Shown: positions 52,292 through 62,920, numbered from the stretch's first letter. The stretch: 64,000 nt of DNA from Porphyridium purpureum (GCA_008690995.1 VRMN01000005.1:248001-312000), one strand, 5' to 3'. Notes: generated by a model not told the origin, from the letters alone. Program-made: numbers and translations.

Positions 52292-53491
52292 CTACTTTGC
52301 CTGCTTGTACGCCTCTACGACCTCATTCACCAGGTTCTTGGAGCCCAAGATCACCGGCACGCGCTGGTGGACGGCCTGCGGGTTCAGATCCATGATGCGC
52401 TCAGTGCCCGTGGTCGACACACCGCCGGCCTGCTCAATGATGTGCGACATTGGCGCCGCCTCATACAAAAGCCGCAACTTGCCCGTCTTGTTCTTCTTGT
52501 CGCCCGGGTAGCCAAAGATGCCGCCGTACATAAGTGTTCGGTGCACGTCGCCCACCATGCTGCCAATGTATCTCGACGAGTAGCCGCGCTCTTTCCACCT
52601 ACTCAGCATGTCGCGCATGACGGGGTCCCAGTTGGCCTCATTTGCCTCGTTGAACGAATAAATTTTTCCATCCTCCGGGATCTTCATGTCATAGTGCGTG
52701 AGCAGGAATTCGCCGATGGTCGGGTCGAGCGTGAAGCCGTGCACGCCATTGCCAAATGTCAGCACAAGCATGCACGCCGACGAGTACAGGCAGTATCCGG
52801 ACGCCACAAGGTTGGTGCCAGGCTGCATGGTGCCATACATGCACTGCAGCTCGCGCTCCTCGATGCGGTCCTCCCAGTCCTGGGTGAGGCACTCGGCGTT
52901 GTCCTCAAAAATGCCGAAAATCGTACCGGTGGCGATGTTGGCGTCAATGTTGGACGACCCATCCAGCGGGTCGAACACAGCGATGTAAGAGCCGGACGTC
53001 AGCTCATCCACCAAGACGGGCTTATCCTCCTCTTCCGACGCCATGATACCCATCTTGCCCGAGAAGCGCAGCGCGTTCTTGAGCACCTCGTTGGACAGCA
53101 CGTCGAGCTTCTTCTGCTCCTCGCCCTGCACATTGATCGAGCCGCCGCCCTCCTCCAGGCCGGTCAAGTTGCTCAGACCGGCGCGTGCGACCAGCGAGCT
53201 GATCTTCTTGCAGGCGAGCGCAATCGCGGCCATGAGGTTCTCCATGTCCTTGAGGTGGATGAGGTCGGCGTTCTCCATGCCCTCCTCAATGATGAAGCGC
53301 GTGAGCGTCACAGGCGAGGTCTCGGTGGACATCTTTCTGGACGGCTTTGCGGACGTGACCATGCTGAGCGCCGCGGCGGCGCGGCGGGACGTCCTGCGCC
53401 CCGCCGCCGGCGCGGTCCTGGCGGAGGCTGCCCGCGCGCGCACCTCGCCGCAGCCGAGGGCCGCACTGCCCACGAACGCCGCCATCTGCAT
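52292..53491 (-). CDS. FBP: Plastid fructose-1,6-bisphosphatase
   Basis: MAAFVGS transit peptide (ATG 53491 or 53485), GEEQKKLDV, SEE, FDPLDGSSN, Cys-containing insertion loop, RYIGSMVGD and GKLRLLYE. Confidence 0.97.
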   Translation of the reverse strand: MQMAAFVGSAALGCGEVRARAASARTAPAAGRRTSRRAAAALSMVTSAKPSRKMSTETSPVTLTRFIIEEGMENADLIHLKDMENLMAAIALACKKISSLVARAGLSNLTGLEEGGGSINVQGEEQKKLDVLSNEVLKNALRFSGKMGIMASEEEDKPVLVDELTSGSYIAVFDPLDGSSNIDANIATGTIFGIFEDNAECLTQDWEDRIEERELQCMYGTMQPGTNLVASGYCLYSSACMLVLTFGNGVHGFTLDPTIGEFLLTHYDMKIPEDGKIYSFNEANEANWDPVMRDMLSRWKERGYSSRYIGSMVGDVHRTLMYGGIFGYPGDKKNKTGKLRLLYEAAPMSHIIEQAGGVSTTGTERIMDLNPQAVHQRVPVILGSKNLVNEVVEAYKQAK

Positions 53492-53960
53492 CTCACCAAC
53501 TTCCACACACGCGCGACTACGACGTAACCCCTAGCCCACGCTCAGCCCAACCCCGGTCTGCGCACTTTCCCGGAAACTCACCCTCTAACCTCACGATCCT
53601 AAACTCGATCTCTCGTTCTCCCCTACTTTTCCCCCGCGTGCCGACGTTTCATGTACACACTGGCCACGCTCAATCACACGCACACACGCATCCACGCTAG
53701 AGAACGTGCGCGCGGATCACGCGAGCATAGTAGGCCCAGGCGTCCTGTTACGTAAACAGGCTTGGGCGGCGCGCGCTGGTGCATGGCGAATGGACCGCGC
53801 GCACCACACAAATCTCATAGCGCCGTGACGAGATTGCTTGGTAACTGCCCGCGTGTAACCAGGTACAGCGCGGTTCTGTGGGGTACAGCGCGGGGGTACT
53901 GCGGGCACGGCTTGAGCCGTTGGTGTGGCTCGGCGCAGAAGGGATGCGCGCATCGGCGCT

Positions 53961-56633
53961 TTATTCGGCGGCGGCTTTCTTCTGCTTCAGCTCCTCCAGC
54001 TGCGACTTGAGCGAGCGCAGCTCCGACTTCTGCTCGTCTAGCTCCTTCTTCACGCCGCCGAGCTCTGCGTCGCCGCCCAGCTTGCGCAGGTACCGCTCCG
54101 CCAGCGCCTCGTCTTGGTTCGTCGCCTGCTTCTCGAACAGACGCAACGCCGCGGCCGCGTGCTTCGTGTCGCCCAGCTGCGAAATCGCACCCGCCGCAGA
54201 CCGTCGGACGTAGTAGTCCGGGTCGTTGCGGATAATGTCCAACAACAGGTACGCACACTTGTCTCGAAGCGGCTTGTCGGCAAATTCGACGCACGTCCCT
54301 AACGCACCCATCAGCGCGCTTCGCGCCGCACGCAATCCTGCCTGGAACGAAATCGCACCATCGGGGGCAAGTTTCGCAAGCGCCTCGTACGCCTCTGGCG
54401 AGCGGAGCTGGCCGAGGCCCAGAATCGCGCCGCGCTTGATCCACACCCACCACGGGTTCCTGGCGTCATCCGTGGCGTACTCGTTCAAGAGCGCCAACGC
54501 GCGCTCCGAATCTCGCTGTGCCCCGAGCCCTTGCAATGCAAACTGCATCGCAACGCGCGGCGTTGAAGCATCTGCACTTCTTACAAAGGCTTCCAAAGTC
54601 TCCGCCACGATGAGGTCGCGCACGGACGCGACTTTCATGACAACAAAATACAGCACACGAGGGTCTTTCTCAAGCTGCAGACACTCGCAAAGTGCGCGCA
54701 CCCCCACATTCGAGTTCACTTTGGCAAGCTGCTCAACAATAAGGCGTCGCTCAAGGAAGCCACTTTCTTGCTTGTACGTGTCTACAATCGCGTTCACGGC
54801 TGTGGAGGAGCCCTGGGCAGCAAGCGCCTCGATGGCAAGCAGACGTGCATACGATGAAGGAGGGTGGCTTGCAGCCCTGCACAACATGGGTAAATCGACG
54901 TCGCTCTGGTCGGGTTTGAAAAGAACCAAGGCGTGAGGATCGAATGCGATTTGCAACGGCTTCTTCGCCAAGTCGGAAAAGCACACGGTTCCACATCCAG
55001 CATTCTTCGATGGATCAAACACGGCCACCTTGTGTGCCCACTGACCTTCGTCGACTTCGACAGAGACAGACAGCTCAAAGGCAAAGAGCTCAATTTTCTT
55101 GGTGGTGTCCACCTGCGTCTGCTTCATCGTCAGGGTCAGCTGGCCACGTTCCATTTCGTACTGAACGCTCACTTTCAGCTTCGGGTAACCCAATCCAAAA
55201 ATCCACTGGTCGAAAAAGCACTCCAGTGAGAGATTACTGACGCGCTCGAGGGCCACACGAAAGTCGTGCGTCTCGACCGTACCCCATGCATTGTCTTTGA
55301 TGTACTTGCGCACACCGGCCCAGAACAGATCATCCCCGAGCATGCCTCGCAGCATGTGAATGCGCCACGAGCCGCCCGGGTACAAGTGCGAGTCAAACAT
55401 CAGCCAAGACGAGTCCCACTGCTTGGTGCTGATTGGTCGCACATAGCGTTCATCAGCTTCACTCATGTACTGGTTCCGCTCCATCCACATGTAGCAGTCT
55501 CGCGTGTCCGCGCCAAACTTGTGCTCTACCCAGCACGCCTCAATATATGAAGCCCACGATTCTTTCAGCCACGCAGAGGCAAAATCCGACATGACGAGCA
55601 GATCACCAAAATACGTGTGGCCCATTTCGTGAACATTCACGCAATCAATTAGCCAGCCGCGTTCCTGGTCCAACATGCCGTCGTGGAGGCACGCGTCGTC
55701 CCACGTGACGAGCGAAATATTTTCCATCGCGCTTCCAACGCCGCCTCCGACCGCAATTTGGTAATACTTTGGCCACGGCAATTCAAAATCAAGCTTGTTT
55801 GTCATCCAGTCAAGCATTTCTCCGGTTCGACCAAAGGACTGTATCAGATGCTCTTCTTTGTAGAACGCACGACTAGCGTAGTAGGCAATCGGCTTACCCT
55901 TGTGATCTCCATCACGAGCTTCGACCAAGTCTCCTACACCCATGCAGATCAAATAACTAGGGCATAAGCAGTCCAGTCTCCAGTGGGAAACTTTCAGGCT
56001 GGGATCTGTTGGATCCGGCTGCTCGGGGCCCTCGGTTCCATTGCATAGTACCGTCCACTCCCTTTGCGTCGTGATGACAAACTCGAGCGTGGTTCTCACG
56101 CTCGGATGATCGATGCATGGGAGCCAGTATCGTGCGCGCTCTGTTTCATGGTCCGTGCACATGAACTTGCCGCGCTGAGGCTCGGACGGAGTCGGGTATG
56201 AAAAACTCATTCCCGTGCGCGGATCGGTGACACTGTAAAACACCTTCACCACGGCGGTCTCGTGCAAGGGCACTGGCTCTGCGAACAAAATGGCGATCAC
56301 CTTGCCATTGTAATCAGTCTGCTGGATGGGATGGGTATCACACTCCACACGCACGGATCCTGAATCGAAATCGACCGCGTGCAGCTTGAGAACACGGCAG
56401 CGCTTCGCGTCTGCACACTTACTCTGCACGCTCACGGCCACACACCCATGCACCTTCTTCTTCTCCAGATCCACATTCAACTCAATCTTCAAATGCATTG
56501 GCTCCAACGGCAGATCCGGGCGGTAATGCTTCTGCCCATCTGGCCTCAATGTGAATTCTCCCCCACCGGATGCCAGCACATCTCCGCCATCGTGCAGCTC
56601 CACTGCGTGCCGCAGCCCACACAAATGCGGCAT
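53961..56633 (-). CDS. M1-family aminopeptidase with C-terminal HEAT repeats and coiled coil (prokaryote-type architecture)
   Basis: ARYWLPCID, GSAMEN, HEMGH..WLKE (HExxH-x18-E) and HLYPGG. ATG 56633 (MPHLCG) is preferred. Confidence 0.93.
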   Translation of the reverse strand: MPHLCGLRHAVELHDGGDVLASGGGEFTLRPDGQKHYRPDLPLEPMHLKIELNVDLEKKKVHGCVAVSVQSKCADAKRCRVLKLHAVDFDSGSVRVECDTHPIQQTDYNGKVIAILFAEPVPLHETAVVKVFYSVTDPRTGMSFSYPTPSEPQRGKFMCTDHETERARYWLPCIDHPSVRTTLEFVITTQREWTVLCNGTEGPEQPDPTDPSLKVSHWRLDCLCPSYLICMGVGDLVEARDGDHKGKPIAYYASRAFYKEEHLIQSFGRTGEMLDWMTNKLDFELPWPKYYQIAVGGGVGSAMENISLVTWDDACLHDGMLDQERGWLIDCVNVHEMGHTYFGDLLVMSDFASAWLKESWASYIEACWVEHKFGADTRDCYMWMERNQYMSEADERYVRPISTKQWDSSWLMFDSHLYPGGSWRIHMLRGMLGDDLFWAGVRKYIKDNAWGTVETHDFRVALERVSNLSLECFFDQWIFGLGYPKLKVSVQYEMERGQLTLTMKQTQVDTTKKIELFAFELSVSVEVDEGQWAHKVAVFDPSKNAGCGTVCFSDLAKKPLQIAFDPHALVLFKPDQSDVDLPMLCRAASHPPSSYARLLAIEALAAQGSSTAVNAIVDTYKQESGFLERRLIVEQLAKVNSNVGVRALCECLQLEKDPRVLYFVVMKVASVRDLIVAETLEAFVRSADASTPRVAMQFALQGLGAQRDSERALALLNEYATDDARNPWWVWIKRGAILGLGQLRSPEAYEALAKLAPDGAISFQAGLRAARSALMGALGTCVEFADKPLRDKCAYLLLDIIRNDPDYYVRRSAAGAISQLGDTKHAAAALRLFEKQATNQDEALAERYLRKLGGDAELGGVKKELDEQKSELRSLKSQLEELKQKKAAAE

Positions 56634-56927
56634 CTTTCTGTCGCGAATGAAGAACACACCCAAGGCGCCCTTCGATTCTCCCCCTCTCTCTCTCTTTCTC
56701 CTCTCTCTCGCCCGCAACAACAAATCGAGCTCGACGTGTTTCCACCGAGCTTAATGAAATGGACCTATTTACATATAAACTACTGTACCTCCGCAAGTTG
56801 GCTTTCGTGCTCGAACGTGCGAGGACGGCGAGCGTCGAAGAGGAAGAAGTTTGTAGGGGAAGGACGTTAGGAAGACGGCGAGAGAGAAAGAGAGGGACGG
56901 AGGAAGGGAGAGGAGCGTGGGGTCGCG

Positions 56928-57548
56928 ATGCCGGTGTTCGGACGCCCGAAAAATGGGCACCTGCTCGAGTTTTACGGAATCGAGTGCGATCACTGCGTGG
57001 ACATGGAGCCGGTGATCGAGCAGCTCAAGCACGAGACTGGACTGACCATGCGCCGCTTCGAGGTGTGGTACAACGACGACAACCTCCGTCTGCTGCAGCG
57101 CCTGGACACGAACGGGCGTTGCGGTGGCGTGCCGTTCTTCTACAATAAGAAGACGCAGTACTGGATCTGCGGCGCAACCACCTACGCGAACTTCAAAAAT
57201 TGGGCCGAGGATAAGCCGGCCGAGCGGTTTTTGCCTCCGCCAAAGGAGGGCGAGGAGGAGGAGGAGACCAGTAGCTTGGGAAAGGCAAAGTCCTTCATCG
57301 AACGTATCCGCAAGGAAGGTATGGAGCGAATGCAGAGCCGCATGGAGAGTGGCTCAGGCGGCCCCGCGGACAAGGGAGAGGCCCGCGACGGCCCCGGCGC
57401 GTTTGTCCGACCGCAAAGCCAAAACTTGTTTCAGCGCGCGATGCTTGGCTTACCAGGCCGCAAAAGCCACACATCAGCAATAGGACCAGCTCGACGAACC
57501 GCTCCACGTGCATCCGCCGCACTCATCTGCGCAACTAGCGCCCTGTAA
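56928..57548 (+). CDS. Thioredoxin-fold protein (CDHC)
   Basis: LLEFYGIECDHC..MEP, FEVWYN, CGGVPFFYN (cis-Pro loop) and ICGAT. Confidence 0.88.
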   Translation: MPVFGRPKNGHLLEFYGIECDHCVDMEPVIEQLKHETGLTMRRFEVWYNDDNLRLLQRLDTNGRCGGVPFFYNKKTQYWICGATTYANFKNWAEDKPAERFLPPPKEGEEEEETSSLGKAKSFIERIRKEGMERMQSRMESGSGGPADKGEARDGPGAFVRPQSQNLFQRAMLGLPGRKSHTSAIGPARRTAPRASAALICATSAL

Positions 57549-57785
57549 AGACCGCCGGTGGATTCGCCCTTAGTGTAGTCGCGTGCGCAGATGTAAATGT
57601 TGAGAATGGTACATCTTTCCTTCCGAATCCTAGCATCGAGCTATCCTCCTTGTGCGAGGTGCGCTTCGTATCGTCAGTTTTCTATATTTTCAAGTTAATC
57701 CTTTTTACATCACCGCCCTATCAAAGGTGAGAGCATGGCTACGCATCACGTCCTACAGCGAGCCATCGAAAGCGTTGCTGTCCCA

Positions 57786-58964
57786 TCACACGCGGTTCAA
57801 GAGCTTCACGCCGCGCAAAAGATCAGTTAGCTCGAGCACCGTCGCTGGAACCTTGCCGTCATTAATAATGTCCTTGCAAAAAAGACCGAGGGCGTAAATC
57901 TCCGCTAAACTGCGCGTGAGTGCTTGTTCCGCACTCTCGTTCACGCGGCTCGGCTCGTCTAGCTCCTCCGCTTTAGCGACGGAATAATCGCTAAGAAGTT
58001 GGCGGAGCATCCGCACATCGTCAGTGTTGCTGCCGATTATAAATACGCCAAGGTTTTGTGGTTTTGTGATTTTCTCAACCCGGCTAGCCACCGCCTTGAT
58101 GGCTTTGGGCTTCATTCCTGCACCGAGAAAAATGCCCAGGCTGCCCGTGGTTTTCTCTCGCATCGACTGCACCAACTCAATCATCTTGCCGGATGGAATC
58201 AACTGCGAGAGCGCGCGGATTTTGAGCTGTTTGGGGACACGAGCAAGTGAGCCGGACAAGCGCAAAAGCAGGTGGCTCTTGCCAACAATCTTTCCATCGA
58301 GCAGATTTGCAATGATGTCCTCGTCGTTACCCGTACGGTACTCTGCGATTCGGCCGTACGCCTTGTCCCAGTCCATGCACGTCTCGACGTCCGTCTGACA
58401 CTTCCACTGCTTGATTGAAAACATGTGCGCTCGGTCTTGTTCGTCGCCAACGTTCGCACCGTCCACCAAACTTTCTTCAAAATACAAGCCCAAGCGCTGA
58501 GCCACCCCGGCCTTGCCCGTGCCGCTCACGGGGCCCCAGCTGATGATGACCGGTCGATGCATCTGTACCGCCAGCCCAAGCGCGGATGCTAGCCCGAGCA
58601 TCCGCTCAAATGCGCTGCCCGACACCTCGGCGAAGATGAGCCCAAACCCATGCCCCCATCGCGAGTTCATGGCTGAATTAATCACCTGCAATGCGCTCAG
58701 AATGTCAGTACGTGATGACTCTAGCTCATTGATGACGTCCCACGGGAGGCCATACGCGTCGTGCAGAACGCGCTCCTCTGCCAGGTCACGGACTTGCTTG
58801 CGTTCCTCCTCGCTCAAATCATCAAGGAGCTTGCCAGATTCGTGCGAAAGGATCGCCTCTATGTGTGTAAAGTCTGGATCCAACACACGATAAAAGTATT
58901 GCGACTCGTGGTTGGCGTACTCAGTTGTCCACGACTGCACGCGCTCCAACGCTAAACTGTTCAT
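57786..58964 (-). CDS. Exon 2 of the glycosyltransferase gene; contains a degenerate fucosyltransferase-like segment
   Basis: Preceded by TTTTACAG acceptor (AG at 58966-58965) in phase 0. ERMLGLASALGLA..RPVIISW resembles GxGNRL..LASA..LA..R..V.W. Confidence 0.8.
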   Translation of the reverse strand: MNSLALERVQSWTTEYANHESQYFYRVLDPDFTHIEAILSHESGKLLDDLSEEERKQVRDLAEERVLHDAYGLPWDVINELESSRTDILSALQVINSAMNSRWGHGFGLIFAEVSGSAFERMLGLASALGLAVQMHRPVIISWGPVSGTGKAGVAQRLGLYFEESLVDGANVGDEQDRAHMFSIKQWKCQTDVETCMDWDKAYGRIAEYRTGNDEDIIANLLDGKIVGKSHLLLRLSGSLARVPKQLKIRALSQLIPSGKMIELVQSMREKTTGSLGIFLGAGMKPKAIKAVASRVEKITKPQNLGVFIIGSNTDDVRMLRQLLSDYSVAKAEELDEPSRVNESAEQALTRSLAEIYALGLFCKDIINDGKVPATVLELTDLLRGVKLLNRV

Positions 58965-59721
58965 CTGTAAAACGTTTCATAGGTCGAGAAACAGTCACGC
59001 ACACCAGGATGCATCCATCGCAAGAGAAGAGTTCATGTGCACGAGTACATACACAATCGCGCAAGGAGACGACGGAGAAAGAAAATCAACAAATGAAGGG
59101 GAAAAATAGAGATAAATCATATAGGTCAGTAGTCAGAAAGAATAGCTTTGAGCGGATTCTGCGGTTCCATGGTCGGGCGCGGACATCTCACTAGAATGAA
59201 ACAAGCGAGCAATCAGCGTACCAGTTTGAAGGAAAAGGCCAAGACGCGAAAGTCACACGCCTGACCAACAAAATGATACGATTCGGCCACAGGCAATAGC
59301 CAGTGAATCGCAAGATCGTTTGCCTGAGTACGAATACCGTACAGCACAACCCAGAAAGAGATGCAACATGGAAGTAAGTCAATACGCATGTTCCTTCTCC
59401 GCGTTCGACGCCAAGCGTGAAGCACTAAGGTGGAGCTCTTCTCCTTCCGGTTTCGACCTCGACCAGCTTGGCCATGGAACAACTCTATCATCGCCAACAA
59501 CTGCTGTTGGGAAAGAGTTTCGAGGTATTCAGACAAGAACAAGCTGTCCGCGTTTCACTGTTGACCACAGAAAAGGCGTACAGCCAATGTCAACTTCTCC
59601 GAACCGGAGCTTCATGAAGGCTGCCGCCGCGCAAAGTCACCATGTCTACGCTCCAAGCGTCCGCACCAGGAACCGGGAGTGAGCAGCTTATTGTTCGAGA
59701 AGAAAGATAAAATTCACGTAC
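58965..59721 (-). other. Predicted 757-nt GT-AG spliceosomal intron
   Basis: CAG|GTACGT donor after codon 410 and TTACAG|ATG acceptor. The join is in frame (MLETQ-MNSLAL). Confidence 0.75.
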
Positions 59722-60951
59722 CTGTGTTTCCAGCATAGGGCTATCGACCCCGAGCTGATTCGCTTCGCGCGCATCATCGCCGTGGGCGATGTGATGCAGC
59801 TTGTTGAAATTCATGATCCGTTGCTTTAGCCCCGCACGCTCCAGTCGGGTGTATAAATCGGTATCGTCCCATCCATACGTAGTTATTCGTTCGTCGTATC
59901 CGTGAATCTCCAAGAACTTGGACCGCTTCACATAAAAGACTCCATTCAAATGAACCTCATTTTCCGTTCGAGCCGCACGCCAGCTTGTCTTAAAGAATAT
60001 GCTCTCGCCCGCCTCGGCATCAAGCGGATGCGCATCGAAGAAATCTGGTTCCAGCATCGTGTCGCAGTCCACTTTTAGCAAGTTGAGACCGGAAGCAAAC
60101 TTGGCCGCCAGATTGTACGCACGTGACAAAACCCAGTCGTCCTGGTCTTTCACAGAAATGGTGGTGACTCGGTCGTCATTTGTGAGTTCGGCAACGGCCG
60201 GCACCGACAAAAGCCTTTCATTGGTGGACCAGTCGACAAGGATTAGCTCGTCATCGTCGTCAAGCGCGTTCAACCACGTGCCCAGAGATTGAAGCAAGAA
60301 GCTAGATCGATCACGGCAGCCAGCGACCAGCGAGACGTGCGGTGCCGTGACATTTCCTGCTTCGCCCGTGAGTATCTTATTTCTCTTGCGATACAGACGC
60401 TCCATTCGCGCCTTGCGGATGCTTCCAATGGTCCCGCTCGTACTAATATCCTGCCTGAACTTTCGTTCCTTGTACTTTTCAACCTCCAGGTTGGCAGAAA
60501 AATCCTCTGCAAACCCAGTGGACGCGCGGGTATTGTCCAATACGTCAACGCTCCCCACGTCTCGACTCGCGCCCAACGGGCTGGCCGAGCTCGCGCCAGA
60601 AGCGCTGGGCGGGTTTCCTGAGCGCGCACGATCGCGGCGCTGCACCTGCAAGACGAACAGAAATCCCACAACAAAGGGCACGAGCAGAAACACCAATGTG
60701 AACAGGCGCTCGCGCAACGACGACTTTCTGAGCCCGAGTCTGGCGTCTGCCGCCGCCCAGCGCGCACCCTTCCACGCCGCTGCCGCCGCCGCGGTCACCG
60801 GCGCAGCCTCCGGCACACCTCCATTCCGCGGCGACAGTGGCACTGCCGCTGCCGAACCAACAGCGGCAGCGCCGCCGTCCGTTCCGTGCTTTCTCATCCC
60901 ATCCAACGTGTCCCTGTCGACTGTCACAACCATCCAACCCTTCTGCCCCAC
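59722..60951 (-). CDS. Exon 1 of a type II membrane GT-A (GT2/GT7-like) glycosyltransferase
   Basis: TM segment LFTLVFLLVPFVVGFLFVL, then ELILVDWS, WVLSRAYNLA, LKVDCD (DxD), HLNG and GYDERITTYGWDDTDL. Confidence 0.9.
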
Positions 60952-61307
60952 CTTACCACCACCACCTTGCCACCACCACCATTTTCAAAAACACGCACGC
61001 GCGCTTTTCAGTCGAGTGCGCAAGTGAACACCCAACTTAATTAACCCATTTAATAATCTTATCCCAACCTTTTTTTAAAAAGTGTACCGGAAGTACGGCG
61101 CTTCGTGCTGTACCAAAAAGTACAGTGTGAAGAAATTACGTAGAACCGGAAACCCTAGCCGCGACGTTGGGGCTGGCGCTGTTTTGGCGAAATGCGATGT
61201 GGGGGTAGGCGCGCGACGGGCGGCAATGCAGAGAGAGCGAGAGAGAGGGGGAGAGAAAGGGTTACAGAGACGTCTTGGTGGGTTGGTGGCGACTGGGGCG
61301 CGTGGCG

Positions 61308-62768
61308 ATGTACGCCTTTGCGCACGTCGGTGTAGCGCGGCCACGCACGCACTTGCGGCGCAATGCGCGCAGTGGTGGCGACGGTGTCATCGCACTGGCT
61401 GACGGGAAATGGTTGGCTCGGAAAGGACGCGCGTCGTCATTGTTGCCGCCGTCTGGGTTGATCTCTGGACGCTGCAGGCAACTCGTCGCATTTCGAATGC
61501 TCACGTCGCGAGGATCGAGATACGTGTGCATGAATTCCAGTAGTAGTAGTTTTCCGTCGCAATCATCATCGCCGTCATCGGCTGATGGGCGCGATGCGTC
61601 CGGCGCGGCGGTGAATGTGGAGGCGGCCGCGGCATCAAGGAAAGCCGGGGGGAATGGCGCGCGGTTCGAGGAGCTTGGAGAAGACTCGAATCTCGCAGCG
61701 CGACAAGTGGACGACGGATCTTTATCGGCTGAATCCTCCTTTGTCCCGCAGCCGCTTTTTCGAAAGGACCGTTTCCGTGTACCCAAGACGCTGAAGGATA
61801 CTGTGATTCTCGGACTTTTGTTTGGTGTTTGGTATTACTCCAACACCGTATTTAATGTGTACAACAAGCAGGTGCTCAAAGTATATCCGTACGCGTGGAC
61901 ATGCACGTTTGTGCAGTTCTTTGTTGCGTCAATCACCATGTCGTCGCTGTGGGTCACCGGATTCAAGGAAACGCCGCACCTTTCGCGCGAGAATCTGAAG
62001 CGCTGTGTGCCTTTGGGTGTGCTCCATATGGCAGGCTTCTTGCTCACAAACATGTCTCTTGGAGCTGTCAGTGTCGCGTTTACGCACACCGTGAAGGCAA
62101 CAGAACCATTCTTCTCCGTTGCGCTTTCTCCCAGTATGCTTGGTGAGGTACCCACGTGGGGCATTCTGGGCAGTCTGTTCCCCATCGTCGCCGGTGTGGT
62201 GCTGGCGTCCGCGAATGAGGCCAGCTTTACGTGGTTTGGCTTTCTCAGTGCCCTTGGCTCCAATTTGGCACTGCAATCGCGAAATGTGTACTCGAAACGC
62301 TTTCTGAAAAAGGGCACGCAGATCGACAACATCAACCTGTTCGCGGTCATCACGATTGTCGCCATGCTCATCATGGCGCCGCTCACGTTGCTCATTGAAG
62401 GCTTCAAGCTCGGGCCGCAAACCATGGCGGCGAGCGGTTTTCCAGCTGTGAAATTATGGCGTATGCTCGTTCTTGGTGGCCTGATGCGCTGTGCGGATGT
62501 GCTAGCATCATACATGATTTTGAATCGCGTCTCTCCAGTCACGCACTCGGTCGGAAATTGCGTGAAACGTGCCGTCGTGATCGTTATGTCCGTGATTGTT
62601 TTTCGCACACCCCTGAACTGGCTCAACATTGTAGGCACCGTGACAGCGCTCTTGGGCGTTCTGGTCTATTCGCTCATGGTCGTGGGGTGCAAGCAAAACT
62701 ATTTTGGACCAGACCACCCATTGTGCCAGCCCATCTTTGAGTCCTTTGAAGATGGTGCTGGTATCTAA
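61308..62768 (+). CDS. Plastid phosphate translocator, PPT-like
   Basis: MYAF leader, FNVYNKQVLK, TNMSLG.VSVAFTHTVKATEPFF and YMILNRVSPVTHSVGNCVKR (PPT-like). Confidence 0.92.
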   Translation: MYAFAHVGVARPRTHLRRNARSGGDGVIALADGKWLARKGRASSLLPPSGLISGRCRQLVAFRMLTSRGSRYVCMNSSSSSFPSQSSSPSSADGRDASGAAVNVEAAAASRKAGGNGARFEELGEDSNLAARQVDDGSLSAESSFVPQPLFRKDRFRVPKTLKDTVILGLLFGVWYYSNTVFNVYNKQVLKVYPYAWTCTFVQFFVASITMSSLWVTGFKETPHLSRENLKRCVPLGVLHMAGFLLTNMSLGAVSVAFTHTVKATEPFFSVALSPSMLGEVPTWGILGSLFPIVAGVVLASANEASFTWFGFLSALGSNLALQSRNVYSKRFLKKGTQIDNINLFAVITIVAMLIMAPLTLLIEGFKLGPQTMAASGFPAVKLWRMLVLGGLMRCADVLASYMILNRVSPVTHSVGNCVKRAVVIVMSVIVFRTPLNWLNIVGTVTALLGVLVYSLMVVGCKQNYFGPDHPLCQPIFESFEDGAGI

Positions 62769-62920
62769 ACTCAAGACTCCGCACGTGGGGGCAAGCCGGT
62801 ACGGGCATTGCAAGCATCCAGATCATGCCTCCCAAGCACCTGTCTAGATTGGAGATAATAATGTAAAGCATGTTTCAGTCTCGGGTAATCGATCTCGATC
62901 CAATCTATTGTTCGTCTACA

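Noticed and set aside
52160..53527. 455-aa plus-strand ORF, and similar ones at 14605-15819, 40465-41460, 43073-43873 and 61835-62638
   Set aside because: Antisense shadows of well-supported genes in GC-rich DNA; no recognisable motifs.
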